From NCBI RefSeq assembly GCF_001949145.1, contig NW_019091402.1, forward strand, positions 2,108,001 to 2,170,000: a DNA stretch of 62,000 nucleotides. Reading direction: 5' to 3'. Source of the DNA: Acanthaster planci. Its lineage: Eukaryota. A program made the translations under genes and the position numbers. The notes beneath the pieces were generated by a model. That model ran no database searches, was not told the origin of the DNA, and saw nothing but the letters and a program-made list of their open reading frames with translations. Of the stretch, positions 12,801 to 24,400 are shown one piece after another; position 1 is the first letter of the stretch, and each line of letters starts with the position of its first letter.

Positions 12801-15800
12801 ACTGCTGTCGGGTGCTGGGGAGACACATGGTTTTGAAATCCCAGGAAAAAAATGGGACACAACCGAAATTAACCCCGGCATTTACAGATTGTTCAAAATA
12901 ATCCCGTTTGAGGTTTTTTAGTGGATTTTGCAGGATTGAGGAAGGCAAAGCCCAGCTAGTATTACATTTATATACTGATACTCATGCCCCTTGAAAGTTC
13001 TGTGCCCAGAGAAAGTCCAAATTGGTTTACACTACAGTGGCCAATTATCCACGATTCAGGAATATTCACATCAAAAATGTCGAGGGCATTAAGGTCAATA
13101 CTGGTCAACACCGTGAGCAATGACTCTCATTAGCAGTTTAATGTTAGCTTTACACTGCTGGCATTATAACTATAGTCCTACTGAACAATCTTGCTCTTAG
13201 ATCCCATAGTGAATGACACGATGAGGGTGCAACAACAGTTGACCCGTTGGATCTACACTGAGCAAGCTTCTCACTTAAACAGCACCAGTTTAGGTTGTGG
13301 TCCTCCAGTGAAGAACCGAGATAAGCTGAAGGATTATTAGATGAAGAGAACCGATGTTCTTTACCGATGACATCATCAGTCTGTTGTTTTTCAAGAAGTT
13401 CTTGGATCTCCAATTCCAGTTGCTGGTCCAACGGTTCCAGTTCCTTAATTAGCTGAGGTTAAAAATCGAATCCAAAATGTCTGGGTCATTACGGTCGTTA
13501 TACAAATTTCGTGCGTTATGATTGGCCAACGCGTTGCAAACTCTAGATGGCGCACTATTTTGAATCGCCTTTATTCCATCAAGTAAAACTATTAGCCTAC
13601 AGAATATTTGCTTAAAAAACAAAAAATGGTTACCGGCAAAAAGGTCAGGCATCACTCAGTTATCACTAACTCATTCCCGGCTCCATTGTTTGCTTGGAAC
13701 CAAATTTTTTAAAGCCACGAGTATGATCTTATCAATAGGCTTTGCATCTGGGATCATAGCATCACTGACTACTTGTAGTATCTGCTCTTGTAGTGGACTC
13801 GAGCCAGCAACCCAGATCCCAGAGAGCTCGGTGGTCGAGTGGTTCAGACATCTTCACTTGCAAACAGGAAGTCTGTGATTCGAATGCGACTGAGTAAGCT
13901 GGTGATATTTTGCAATACGGACACAATTCATAATAGTGCGCCTCCAAGAGTTTGCAACGTGCTGGCCAATCACAGTGTGCAAAATCTGTCGACCCTTTCT
14001 AAACACGCATTGGGTCGACAAATTTCACGCACTGTGATTGGTCAACGCATTCTTGGACCACACTGAGAATAAAGTGCAACTATTCCAGTGTGGGGCCAAA
14101 CCACGAGTACAAGGCATTTCCTTTGTCTTTTGAGACTTTTATCTGACAAGAGCCATCACATGCAACACAAGGGCAAGGATAAGAAAAACACGGAAGGGTG
14201 GAAACAGACCAGACAGCATCCTACTAACCTTTTTGTGAGCCAATATTCTGGTGATGACAGGGTGATTGTGAACAGGGACGTGCTTGGCTTTGAGCGTCAT
14301 GTAGAAACTGATGTTGACGCAGTAGCTGTTTAGGAAATGATTAAACAAGCTGGCTTACACGCTGCTTATACATTGTTGGTAAGAAAAAGCGAAATCGCTT
14401 TATCCCAATTCATGACCTAGCGATTCCCACTAGCACTGAACCGTATAATTTGTGTCTAAGATATGCCATGTCCATCAGCCGAGACTTGCTTTGCCATCAC
14501 TGAAAATATGCCTCAACCAACTGTGCTTTATAACACACTGAAATCTAATTGAAACTCATGGACCATTGAAAAGGTCAATCAACATTCAAATGGTGTTAGG
14601 TTGCTGCCATTGTGACCCACCATTCAAAACGGGTGAAGACAGACCCACATTCAAAAAATTGTCTGCAGAAAGCTTTAAAGTTTAGTATAAACCAGGCTAT
14701 GAAATATGTGGAATTTGCATTCCGCATTGTCTATATTGGTATCATTTTCCAATTAATACATGAGTAGTATTTCGGGATGTCGCATTTTGCAGGTTTCCCA
14801 TTTTTGCTTTATTGCATTCTGTTATTCAGTAGGGTTCACATGGCAGGTGTGTTGCATTCTGTTGCATTTAGCTGGGTTCACGTGGAAGGTGTGTTGCATT
14901 CTGTTGCATTTAGCTGGGTTCACATGGCAGGTGTGATGTATTCTGTTGCATTCAGCAGGGTTCTCATTTCAGCTGTGTTGCTTTCTGTTGCATTCAGATT
15001 GTTTCTTATTTCAGCTGTGTCGCAGTTAGCATGGCTGCCTAGAGGGAACCCTATGGGAGTTAAATCCGACTTACTTGATGTACAGCCTGTATTTAGTGCT
15101 GATGTAGTCGGCTCCTGGGCCCTGTGGTATTCTACCATCTTTCACCATGCCCAGGAGAGGGTGTAATGTGTTGATCACCTCCTTCAACTGCAGGTGTTAA
15201 AAGAACACATTGTTCCAATTGGGTTTTGTTTTTTTAAATGCAGGTTTCCAAGTTGTGAATAAAGGAAAAGACAGGACGAGAATGGATGCCGAGCACATAT
15301 TTATTCCCATTCATAAATACCTTTTTGAGTCAAAACAAGTTTCAAAAATTATAAATTTCCAACGATTTTGATCAACATGTTTTTGCTTAAGTTTGTTTAA
15401 ACACCCCTCTAGCCATCTGATGGTATATTCCTCTTGCAAGTAGTCACAAATAATCTTATTACATGAAGACTGGCGCAAGCATGGTGCATACTGCATGAGG
15501 TGGCATGCAGCCAGCACTGTCATCTTATGTCAGCACAGCTAATAACCTATGTCATGGGTTTTTTAAATTGTTCCTGTGGGGCTTCCATGGAAGCATCTTG
15601 TTTAACCACTTCCTGCCGGGGACTCCGGAATCGGAGACGTACATGTATGGTTTATATGTGTAGCCGGGGTCTCCGAACTCAGATAAAGGAAACAGGGCTC
15701 TGTAACCAAAGACCATACTCCGAACAAAAGACCAGGCTGCTGGGCATTACCGGCATTTTTCACTCTCAAAAGTGGTGATAATCCAGCGTTATTTTGAAAC

Positions 15801-18800
15801 CGTATACCAGGGTTTGGGGCATTTAGAGCAAGCGGATTACCACCGGGGACAAAAGTGCTCCACCACCGCAGTGATGAGCCACACAGCACCACTGCACGCT
15901 AATCTGGCCCCTATTGAAAAGAGGTCAGCAGTGCACTAAGCCGGGTTCGTGAACAAAAGACAGTTATACAACACCGCACAATCTGGGCTCTGTTTACAAG
16001 GCGGCTGGCCTGGCTGAAATACTCAGGCGTCAATGAAGGTCACCTGTCAACTTAGAGTAGTGCCTAAAGATTACTTGGTACGGCTATAAACGACCGTTAA
16101 ATGAAATCATGAATTTTTGAAGGATTTTGAAAACGGAAAAAATTATAGTCATGCCGGCCCAGCATCATCAACATTGAAACATGCCTCGGTATGAAGTGGT
16201 TAATGTGGTTATGAAGTGACCGGATTTGTTTAAAAAGGAAATTCAATACAGTGTTTGCAACTGGGGTCTTAAAAATCATTATTGTGCTATCCTGGATTTA
16301 GACACAAAATTCTGTATAACCTCTTCTTGTTTCTTACAGTAGACCTGTGAATGCCTACCTTTGTCTTGAAGTCTCCGACAAGTTCAAGAAATTCTGGAGA
16401 TTCCTTTTTCAGAATCTACACAAAACAGAAGTAGGAAGTCAGTGCAAAATTGAACAAATTCAGCAACATGGCTTCACATTTGCAAATGTAGAAAGTTGTC
16501 TTACAAAAGCATGGAGGTATTTGTTGATTTGTTGAGAATTTTGGAGATCCACGGGGCATGTATTTTACCCCAAGAACAATGCGAAATCGGAGCTTCTTTG
16601 AATCACAAAACAAGCAGACAACTAGACAGACTGACATCTTGCCTCACCTCCATTTTCTCTCGCTTGGAGAGTTTACTCAGGTCCTTCACTACTTTCTCCT
16701 CTGCCTCTTCACCCAAATCAGTGGCTTTCTTCTCTTTGGCTTTTACTGAAACCTTTTACGACACAGAGACAGTGGAAAGTTAAATGTGGTTTTGACAATG
16801 CAAATCAAACATGCAGCAAATTAAAGGCTCATGGTTATATAATAAAAAATTAGTCACTGAAGAGAAAATTGACAAAACATGAAATGTGATTTTACATGTG
16901 CATCAGTTGATAATTACTGTTCCATACTGCTGCAGTGCTGCATAACGCCAAGGATTACATTTATCTAGCAACAAAATCCATGGTTGCATAGTAGTCAGTG
17001 GACGGTAATCAGCTGGTGAGATACAACAGGGACTCTACTTTGGCTGTGCTGCTCTTTGTTGCACTGAACATGGTTCTCATTTCATTTCTGTTGCATTCTG
17101 TTGCACTCCGCAGGGTAATCATTTAAACCTGTGTTGCATTTTGTTACATATTCTCATGAGCTGAAAAAAGCCCTCCCAATTAGCAGCTTGTGCGCTTCTG
17201 CCACCAGGGAGCAGAGTTACGGCCAGAGTTTATACCTGGAAGAGCTGCATGTCAAAATCTGTCTCCTGCATCATCTGTGACATCCTTTTCTGGATGGCAA
17301 GGGCTTCCTTCTCCTCTTCAAATGCTTCTTCATCCTCGGACCCGCTGGCACCTAAGAAATATTACAACCCTGAATCACTTGGTTGTATTCAGCTGTGTGC
17401 TTAACACAGCTACGCAACATGTTGTTGCAGTGTGCAAGACTCTCACTTAATTTTGCTGCATTTTGTTGCACTTTTGTTGTAATTTGGTTGCATTTTTGTT
17501 GAGACAGGCACATGATTCAGAAGTGCACATACAAAGAGTCAGGAGTCAACGCACAACTAACAGACAAATGGGCAGAAAAAGAATGCCTTTTCTGTACTTC
17601 GTAACAAAACCAATAAGTCAGCTCTGAGTAAGTGGAAAACTGACCAGCATACGATTTTGAATTTTTAAAATCCACTACCAGTACCATATCAAGTATTTAA
17701 ATTCGGCATTCTCACCGGGCATATCATCATCCACATAATCGGTGTGGTAGTACTCTTTCTTCCCCTTGCCCCAGGATTTGGCATCGGGGAGCCCCGTCTC
17801 CTCTCCCGGCTCCTCCCTGCCCTCCTCCTCATCTTCCAAGTCGCTGGCAATCTCATCCAGGTGCTGCTGGGTCCGGATGCGGCGAAGCTTCTCATCAATG
17901 TCGTCATCGTCCGAGTCTGAATAGTCCAAAGGAAGTATCTCTTCCTGCCCGCCCCAAAAAGATACAGTTCATTAAATAAGGCTAAACTCTGGTGCTCAAG
18001 GCACTGATGTGTGTCACTCACTGGGCCCGTCCAACATCCCTGAGACCCATCTCAGCTCCCTAGGGAGTCCACAGCTCCATGCCAAGCACTGTTTCTGTCA
18101 GAAATGGCTCATCGTACATAACCCTCTCTATCCTCACGGGCATCAGCATATACAGTGGAACACAGTTACAACAAGGTCCTTGGGCAAGTTGGGACTTTAC
18201 AAATTTCCTTGTTATAATAGTTACCTTGTATTATCAGTTATGGAAACAAAGAAAAACAACGACTTGGGACCTAAAACTATCCTTGTTATAAATGTGACTT
18301 TGCATTAACAGTGCTCTTCTTATGTGTGTTTGACTGTATACCCTAGGATGGAGAGACACAAGCGGCTGGATTGGAGCCTAAAACAATAATATGGCATTTA
18401 TGAGGTACACAGTATCTCAGAGTATCTGTAATACAAAGGTGTTGATGTACATGTATTATCATTATCCCTGCACATTGGGCTCACAACATCTGAACAATTC
18501 CTGAGGCCATCTCAGCTCCCTGGGGAGTGTACTAGCCCAGTACTGACGTATCAAGTGCACAGAAAGAAACACAATAACCATATCTATGGGGGCATAAAAG
18601 TGACTTGCCTAAGATCACAACATGCTGCCACCAGCTGGATTCGAACTCCCCACCCCAATGATCAGAGGCTACAAACCCTGACTACTAGGCAGTGCAGCGC
18701 CAAAATAGTTAAACCAGCTTCTCTTTCTGGGTGTGTCAGCTTGAGACCTCTCTATCATCTACCGACCTGATTCTCTGAGTCGCTCTCTCCATCTAGCCTC

Positions 18801-19738
18801 CCGTCTCTCTCCAGGAGGATCTTGTCTCTGTTCTCATTGAACTCGTCTACCTCGTCCATGAAGTAGTCTGGTGCCGTGGGGTCCGGCACAGGCATCTTCT
18901 TGTAGGCTCGTTCATCGTCGCTGTCATAGTCCGACTCCTCTCCCTTGCGATTATGAACTCTCTTCCTGTTCAAGTTTAAAATGAAGCACAGTTAAAGAAA
19001 AATAATGCTTACCATCCCCACCCTACCTTTTTGGAGGCTATCTGCAGATTTCATTCTATTTTTAACGACTGAAAAAAATCTTGTGAGACATAGGACTTAG
19101 TTTTTTTTTAATGTCCTATCCCTAAAAATAAAATACTTGACAGTTGGAATAGGTAATTTCAAACTTTTTATATTATACTTTTCACATTATGCACCATGGT
19201 CACACGTATCTCTAACATCTGAACATGCCTTCATAACAAACTGTTGGCCTACATGTATGCCTACATCTCCGACTTGATTTCCCTTTTTCAATCTTAAAAA
19301 CAATCTTACAATTCTACACCTGCACATTAGAAAGAAACCGTGATAATAAACTGATGGCAGAACTGTTGGCAAATTGAGCCATCATGGCAATAAATAAGAT
19401 CAACAAATTGCATAAAGACGAAGCGACTGCGCAGACTGACAAATCCCAATAAAAATGCTGTTTAAATAGTACTGGCCTACATGTTACGTAAACTGTGACT
19501 GTGAGACCTAACCATGCTAATGTTATGGTCGAGTTAACACTAACAGTTAACCACGTTAACGGTAACTTAAGGCTTTAATAGCAAAACTACACTGTACGCT
19601 CAGGGTTTGATCATCGTCACACTTGCTGTTGTACTATCAAGTGTCATGACTGTGAGTTGCTTAATCATTTGTCATTGTTGGACTGACGCCAGCGATGACT
19701 CAGGTGATGGTTAACTTGTGTTACCTTCTTCGTCCCAT
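9885..19738 (-). CDS. UTP3: Something about silencing protein 10 / UTP3, SSU processome component; 13 exons, about 532 aa
   Basis: Phase-consistent GT-AG exons in transcript order: 19725-19738 (MGRRR), 18767-18965, 17716-17944, 17236-17351, 16648-16752, 16359-16415 (ILKKESPEFLELVGDFKTK), 15075-15187, 14229-14325 (YCVNISFYMTLKAKHVPVHNHPVITRI, Sas10/Utp3/C1D domain), 13365-13452, 12511-12814, 11536-11614, 10818-10925, 9885-9974; total 1599 nt. The C-terminus KRAITYEISKNKGLTPRRKKEQRNPRVKHRMKFKKAKVRRKGQVREVRKELTRYGGEISGIRAGVIKSIQIK is the Sas10 C-terminal domain. Confidence 0.95.
10230..10355 (-). mobile_element. Degenerate tRNA-derived SINE head in the last UTP3 intron
   Basis: Minus strand reads GTGGCTTAGTGGTC (A box) ... 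GGGTTAGAGTCC (B-box-like) ... GTCCATGGGCATGCCACTT, similar to the other SINE heads in the window. Confidence 0.4.
13500..14060. mobile_element. One half copy (about 13500-13577) and one near-full copy (about 13914-14060) of a palindromic MITE family
   Basis: ATAGTGCGCCTCCAAGAGTTTGCAACG..GGCCAATCAC..TCTGTCGACCC..GGGTCGACA..GTGATTGGTCAACGC is self-complementary. A homologous copy lies at 25219-25372. Confidence 0.7.
14810..15025. repeat. Tandem repeat, about 5 copies of a 42-bp unit (TTGCATTCTGTTGCATTTAGCTGGGTTCACATGGCAGGTGTG)
   Basis: Visible tandem units give the 14-aa periodicity of ORF 14777-15166. Degenerate relatives occur at about 17040-17160 and 17380-17500. Confidence 0.8.
15606..16199. 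mobile_element. piggyBac-like non-autonomous element (about 594 bp) in UTP3 intron 6
   Basis: TTAA|CCACTTCCTGCCG ... CGGTATGAAGTGG|TTAA; TIRs match at 11/13 and resemble those of the 8844-9023 element. Confidence 0.7.
18153..18336. mobile_element. pogo/Tc1-mariner-like MITE, same family as 8643-8809
   Basis: TA|CAGTGGAACAC ... GTGTTTGACTG|TA, with shared internal sequence. Confidence 0.7.
18385..18700 (-). mobile_element. tRNA-derived SINE with a conserved central block (possibly DeuSINE-like)
   Basis: Minus strand: CTGCCTAGTAGTCAGGG (A box), GAGTTCGAATCC (B box), GATCTTAGGCAAGTCACTT, then CTCCCCAGGGAGCTGAGATGG..TGTTCAGATGTTGTGAGCCC and an AT-rich tail. Fragments of the same body occur at about 18038-18075 and 36410-36470. 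Confidence 0.65.
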
Positions 19739-19739
19739 T

Positions 19740-20070
19740 CTTCAACTAAATCACACGTGACAAACAAAGGTAAACTCTCTCTGTCTATAACTTAGCCTTA
19801 GGTGCAGAGGTAGGCCTAGCTGTGGCCAACATTTGGCAGGACTGTCCCCACGTGTGTCGTTTTAGTAGTTGTAGTTAAAACACAGTCGTTCGTACGTACA
19901 TGTAGTACATCTAATTAGTCAGGCTTCCTGATTACCAATTCACGAAACCATCGTTGGTAACGTCTGAGTTACAAACGAGAAGCATTTGAGGCGCCCTCTA
20001 TTGTCATTGTTCAGTCAGTTGTTTATTGTAGCAACCTGCAGCGATATCTTGTTACTTAGTGTGGTGAGGT
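19740..20070. promoter_or_regulatory. Probable bidirectional promoter between UTP3 (-) and LRRC34 (+)
   Basis: The UTP3 ATG is at 19738. A + strand donor-like GAG|GTGAAT near 20068 fits a non-coding LRRC34 exon 1 spliced to the acceptor at 21366. The interval contains CACGTG (19849), CCAAT (about 19935) and an RFX-like GTAGCAAC (about 20028). Transcription start sites are inferred. Confidence 0.55.
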
Positions 20071-20568
20071 GAATCGTATCTAAAAATGTTGTGTTTATTA
20101 TCCAATTGCAGTCTGAAATTATATTAGTTGTGCAGCACATGAATTTTAGATAGTCTCAGTGTATACTTTGACCACAACAGATTTAAAGCTTACGCTGATT
20201 CCCCCTTTTCAGACGTTTCACTTTTAGACCCATAATAACTTAAACTTGGCTGGGCCTCTAGCCCAGGTTAGACGTTGTCTTCCTTTCATTACACCTGACG
20301 TAACGTAGTCAGGGAGTCCACCTGGGCCTCCATGATAATGTCTTATTGATTAACCTGACCGAGTCTTGGTAGTCCTAGGCTTACATGTAACTTCACACCA
20401 TCACCAGTCAGTCTAACTTCATGAATTACTCTAGAGCCAGACTTTGGCTCATGACATGGTGAGATGTTCACCGATTGGTAATGTCCCAAACAACATGCAC
20501 AATGTGTAGGCCTATTGTGTAGTTATTGGGTCAGAATTACACAGTTTTGGGCTGTAGCCTAGCTATGG

Positions 20569-20990
20569 TAGTACTAGTCCAGGTAACTTGGACTCTACAA
20601 ATTACCTTTTTTAACATTTGGACACGGTCGGGTGATAGTAGGGTCCAAGTACCTTCCGCAGGCTTCCACCCCACATGTCCCATTAATTCATTTAACTCAA
20701 AATAACTCATATCCCGAATCAACATTATCAAAATTCCTCTGAATTCACCTTCAAAACAATCCTTAAACTGTCTAATGCACCCGGCTTAGGATTAAGTCGG
20801 AGATTCCAATAATGATGGTAAAGTTTAACGACGACTGATTCCTGAATTCGGAGGATTTTGATTCGGGGATTGAGCTATTATGAATTAATGGGATGGAAAG
20901 CTTATGGAAGGTACTTGGACCCTACTGTCACCTGACCATGTCCAAATGTTAAAAACGGCAATTTGTGGAATCCAAGTTACTCGAACTACT
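20569..20990. repeat. Long imperfect inverted repeat (foldback/MITE-like) in the LRRC34 5' intron
   Basis: Left arm TAACATTTGGACACGGTCGGGTGATAGTAGGGTCCAAGTACCTTCC and right arm GGAAGGTACTTGGACCCTACTGTCACCTGACCATGTCCAAATGTTA are near reverse complements; pairing extends over more than 150 bp. Confidence 0.85.
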
Positions 20991-21401
20991 AGGCGTGAGC
21001 CCTAGAACATAGGCTTAGACTAGGGCCTACCATTACCTGATTTTTGTCGGTAGAGATGGCGTAAAAATTCAGTGATATTGTTTGATCAGCTACAATGGAG
21101 GTGGAACGGTGGTTGAATGACATGTTACACAGGGTTCTTATTGTTACAAGGGAGCTGCGTTTTTATGTAGTGGTAATCAGGGCCTATCAAACTCTCCCAC
21201 CAATCAAATATACCCGCACTTTGCTAGGGGCCTTTTAAATTCCACCCTTCCCTGGACCCCACCCCAAGTTGCAGTTTTAAGAATCTCTTTCCAGATTTTC
21301 CATTTGTTAGCAATGGGTCTAATTGCATGTCTCATTTTATGCGTGTGTCTTTGTTTTAATTTACAGTCGCTGGCCACCAGGATCAAGCTGAGCGTACCAA
21401 A

Positions 21402-24400
21402 ATGTCTGACCCATCAGGAGTTCTGAAGAGATATGAAGATGTGTGCGAGGAGATGGGTGTCAAACCCACGGCTTTCATAATGAAAGTACTGGAGAAAGAA
21501 AAAGATGACCAAATAATGTGAGTTTCTGGGCTGCCAAACTTGTGTTGTGACTTGAGCACTCCTTCGATTTCCACTTTCTTTGCTCCCCTTGAAGTTTGTG
21601 TTTCTGTCTTCTTAAGTCTTTGTGATGGCCGACTGTCATATAAATAGGGACTAGGGGGCATATTTTATGACCAAGTGAAGTGAAATTGTTGATGCCAGAA
21701 ATCTGTTGTGTTAACCCAAGATGAAGAGGCAACTTTTCGGCGACTTTAACATGATTGATAATTTTTCCAGTAAACTGGTCAAGGTTATTTAGTTTTTGCA
21801 AAAAAAATGGAATGGAGATCACACTACAAGTATGACTTTGGAGAAGGAAAAGTTTAAAACTCTCTGTTTTTGGTGAATTTTTATTGCCCTCTTTTTACAT
21901 GTAAATGGCATCACACAGCTAAATAAGACACAGCAATACGAAAGAAATGGATTTCTATAATTGTAGGGTTTTACATGTTAGATGGCTATATTTTCTTCAT
22001 GTATCTCACAATGTCAAGCACAAAAAGGATTCTTATTCCCCCAAAAAATCTCCAAAAAATAACACCAACCTGGTGCCGCTCATTTTGAAATGATTCAGCT
22101 TGGAATACCATATGAAGTGTTTTTTTCCTTTGCAAAAGTACAACTGGAGAATTTCCGTCTGCCGGTTTTCAAACTGTCAGCAAAGGTTGATCATTAGGCT
22201 CATCTCTCTAATGAACCTGTCATTAAAACTGTTTGTTTCTGCTTTCAGACTTTTCCTTTGTGCTATCTATTGTTCTCTGAACAGTTGCAAAGCTATCCAA
22301 TTCTCAATTCTTACTTTTCTTTTGGAAACGTTACTGTTGTATCTCAACCCACAGACGAGAGAGGAAGAAACTGTAAGTATTGTGTTGTTGTTTTTTGCAG
22401 CACGGCTGGCCACCATTATTCATTTTGTTGATGTGATGTCAACTTTTACACAAGCTCACAGCTGAACGAATTTTTTTCATCGCTCAGTTAATCACGTGAT
22501 GCATCCCATCGAAAAACCTGCTCAAAAATAGTGTCAGTTTTGTTTGTCTTAACGAAGGGAGCATTTGTCTTACAAAGATGCTGGAAAATTCCAGACAAAT
22601 CGGAAAGTTTTGCTCAGTAGTTTTTTTCCAAGTTTTGCACTACCTACGAGTTCACATTTTGCCAGATCTGCAAAGTGTTATGGGTCCAGTCAAATAGTAG
22701 GAGTGGCATTGTCAGAAAATGGGGGTGTAGCCAGGAATTTTATGGGAATACATCCTATGTTGAGGGAGCATCTCATGGAGACGTGAGACTGTGGCCAAAT
22801 GGGGTCCACTGTGGTTTGACACGCAGGGCAGTTGAATGTCACGGAGGACGTGGTTTTTTACTTGCATTTTTGGAGTCGTTGTTTGGGGAAATGTATGTAC
22901 TTCTCAATCTTCTTGCAAAGCGTACACGGAATGTATTTGGCATTTACATGCACACTCGCACAATCTCTTGCCTGATTGTGGAAACCGCACATGTGTTTAT
23001 GGGACCAGAACTGAGTGGGGTCACGTGGATAGCCCTACAATTTGGTCCTAGAATTTTAAACTATAGAAATCTTCTCCACATCGCACTACCTCAGCCTGGC
23101 AAGCACAGAAGTGCAGAACCACAGCGCGGAGCAGGGTTTTTATCTCACAGCGAATGATTTAACAAACAGATATTTGAAAAACTCTCCCCCCATCCAGAGG
23201 GGAAACGTGTCATGTGAATCTCCTACATCATGCTCATATTGTCTAGGTATTGTTTTAATATCTTTGCAAGACATGAGCCGTCTTATTTATTTTGAAACAA
23301 TCACTCTTAAACTCTCAGTCAGAGTGTGCAGGGGTCCTTTTGTTCTGTAGGCCTTTACTTTTCCCTCATTCCTTCCCTTAATTTCTCCTTCAGACCTCTT
23401 TTCAAAAATTGCACAGCAATGCCAACATCAGGTACCGGTGCCTAGATATTTAGAGGCTTCTTGTCCCAATCTCCCTATTGTGGTTCTTTCTTCCTACCTG
23501 TGAATCATACCCATGTAGATTTATAGATTTAGCATCAAATTGTTCCTTTGTAGTAGACAGAAACAGTGCATGTAGTTTTTTTCTCCTATAAGGCCCTTTC
23601 CACACTAGACAAATCTCGGGGTTGACGCAGGGTTGAAAACTGGTGACGATTCTCACTTGAAAATGCTCAACCCTTGCCGACCCTGCGTCAACCCCGAGAT
23701 TGATTTCAACGGGGGTTGACCTTAACCTTGCTCCGGACACAGAGTTGAGAATTTTCAACCCGGGTTGACAATTTTTCGTACTCATTTCCCAGTTGAACTA
23801 ACCCTAATAAGCTCGATTCGTACGAAGCAAGTGTGAAACAACACCGGATTGAAAAATCCAATTTGCAACCCAAGGCGATCATGGGTTCACCCAGGGTTGA
23901 GTTCAACCTGGCTTGAGAGGTTGTAGTGTAAAAGGGCTCATAGAGGTGTGCATATGTAGTAGTGTAGTTTTAGTTGAGAGTAGTACAGTGGTCAATTACT
24001 CTGATGAGGGACATGGCACATAGCACAGGGTGACATCCAAAGGCAAGGTTTCCATAGGGGTGTGAAAACTCCTTGTCCAACAGCACAGCAGTAAATGCCA
24101 TTGTGGCGTGTAGACTCCAGGGACATGATGTTTCATCAATACCCAAACGAGGGGCATGGCAGAAGAGGCAAGGCCGAGGGTGTCATGCTCCCTGAGGGTG
24201 CAAAAACACCATGTCCAATGCGCACCACCCCAGTAAATCATTGTTGAACATAGCAGTTTGCCGTGATGTAGGTCAGACAGTCTGGACTTCTAAGGAGTAT
24301 ATCGAATACACAAGGCAGGGCTGAAGATACCCCCCAGCTCTGATGGTGTGAAAAAAAAGTCCCACATTACAGCAGTCACAGTTTGGTTTTGCTAACTGTT

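Noticed and set aside
13075..13230. Possible intronic H/ACA snoRNA in UTP3 (ACA box after a stem, ANANNA upstream)
   Set aside because: The upper stems and the 5' hairpin pair poorly; not supportable without a covariance-model search.
23797..23808. CTAACCCTAA, a telomerase-template-like 10-mer inside LRRC34 (vertebrate LRRC34 lies near TERC)
   Set aside because: It sits within a MITE made of TCAACCC/GGGTTGA subrepeats, and no pseudoknot or H/ACA domain is evident; a chance match is likely.
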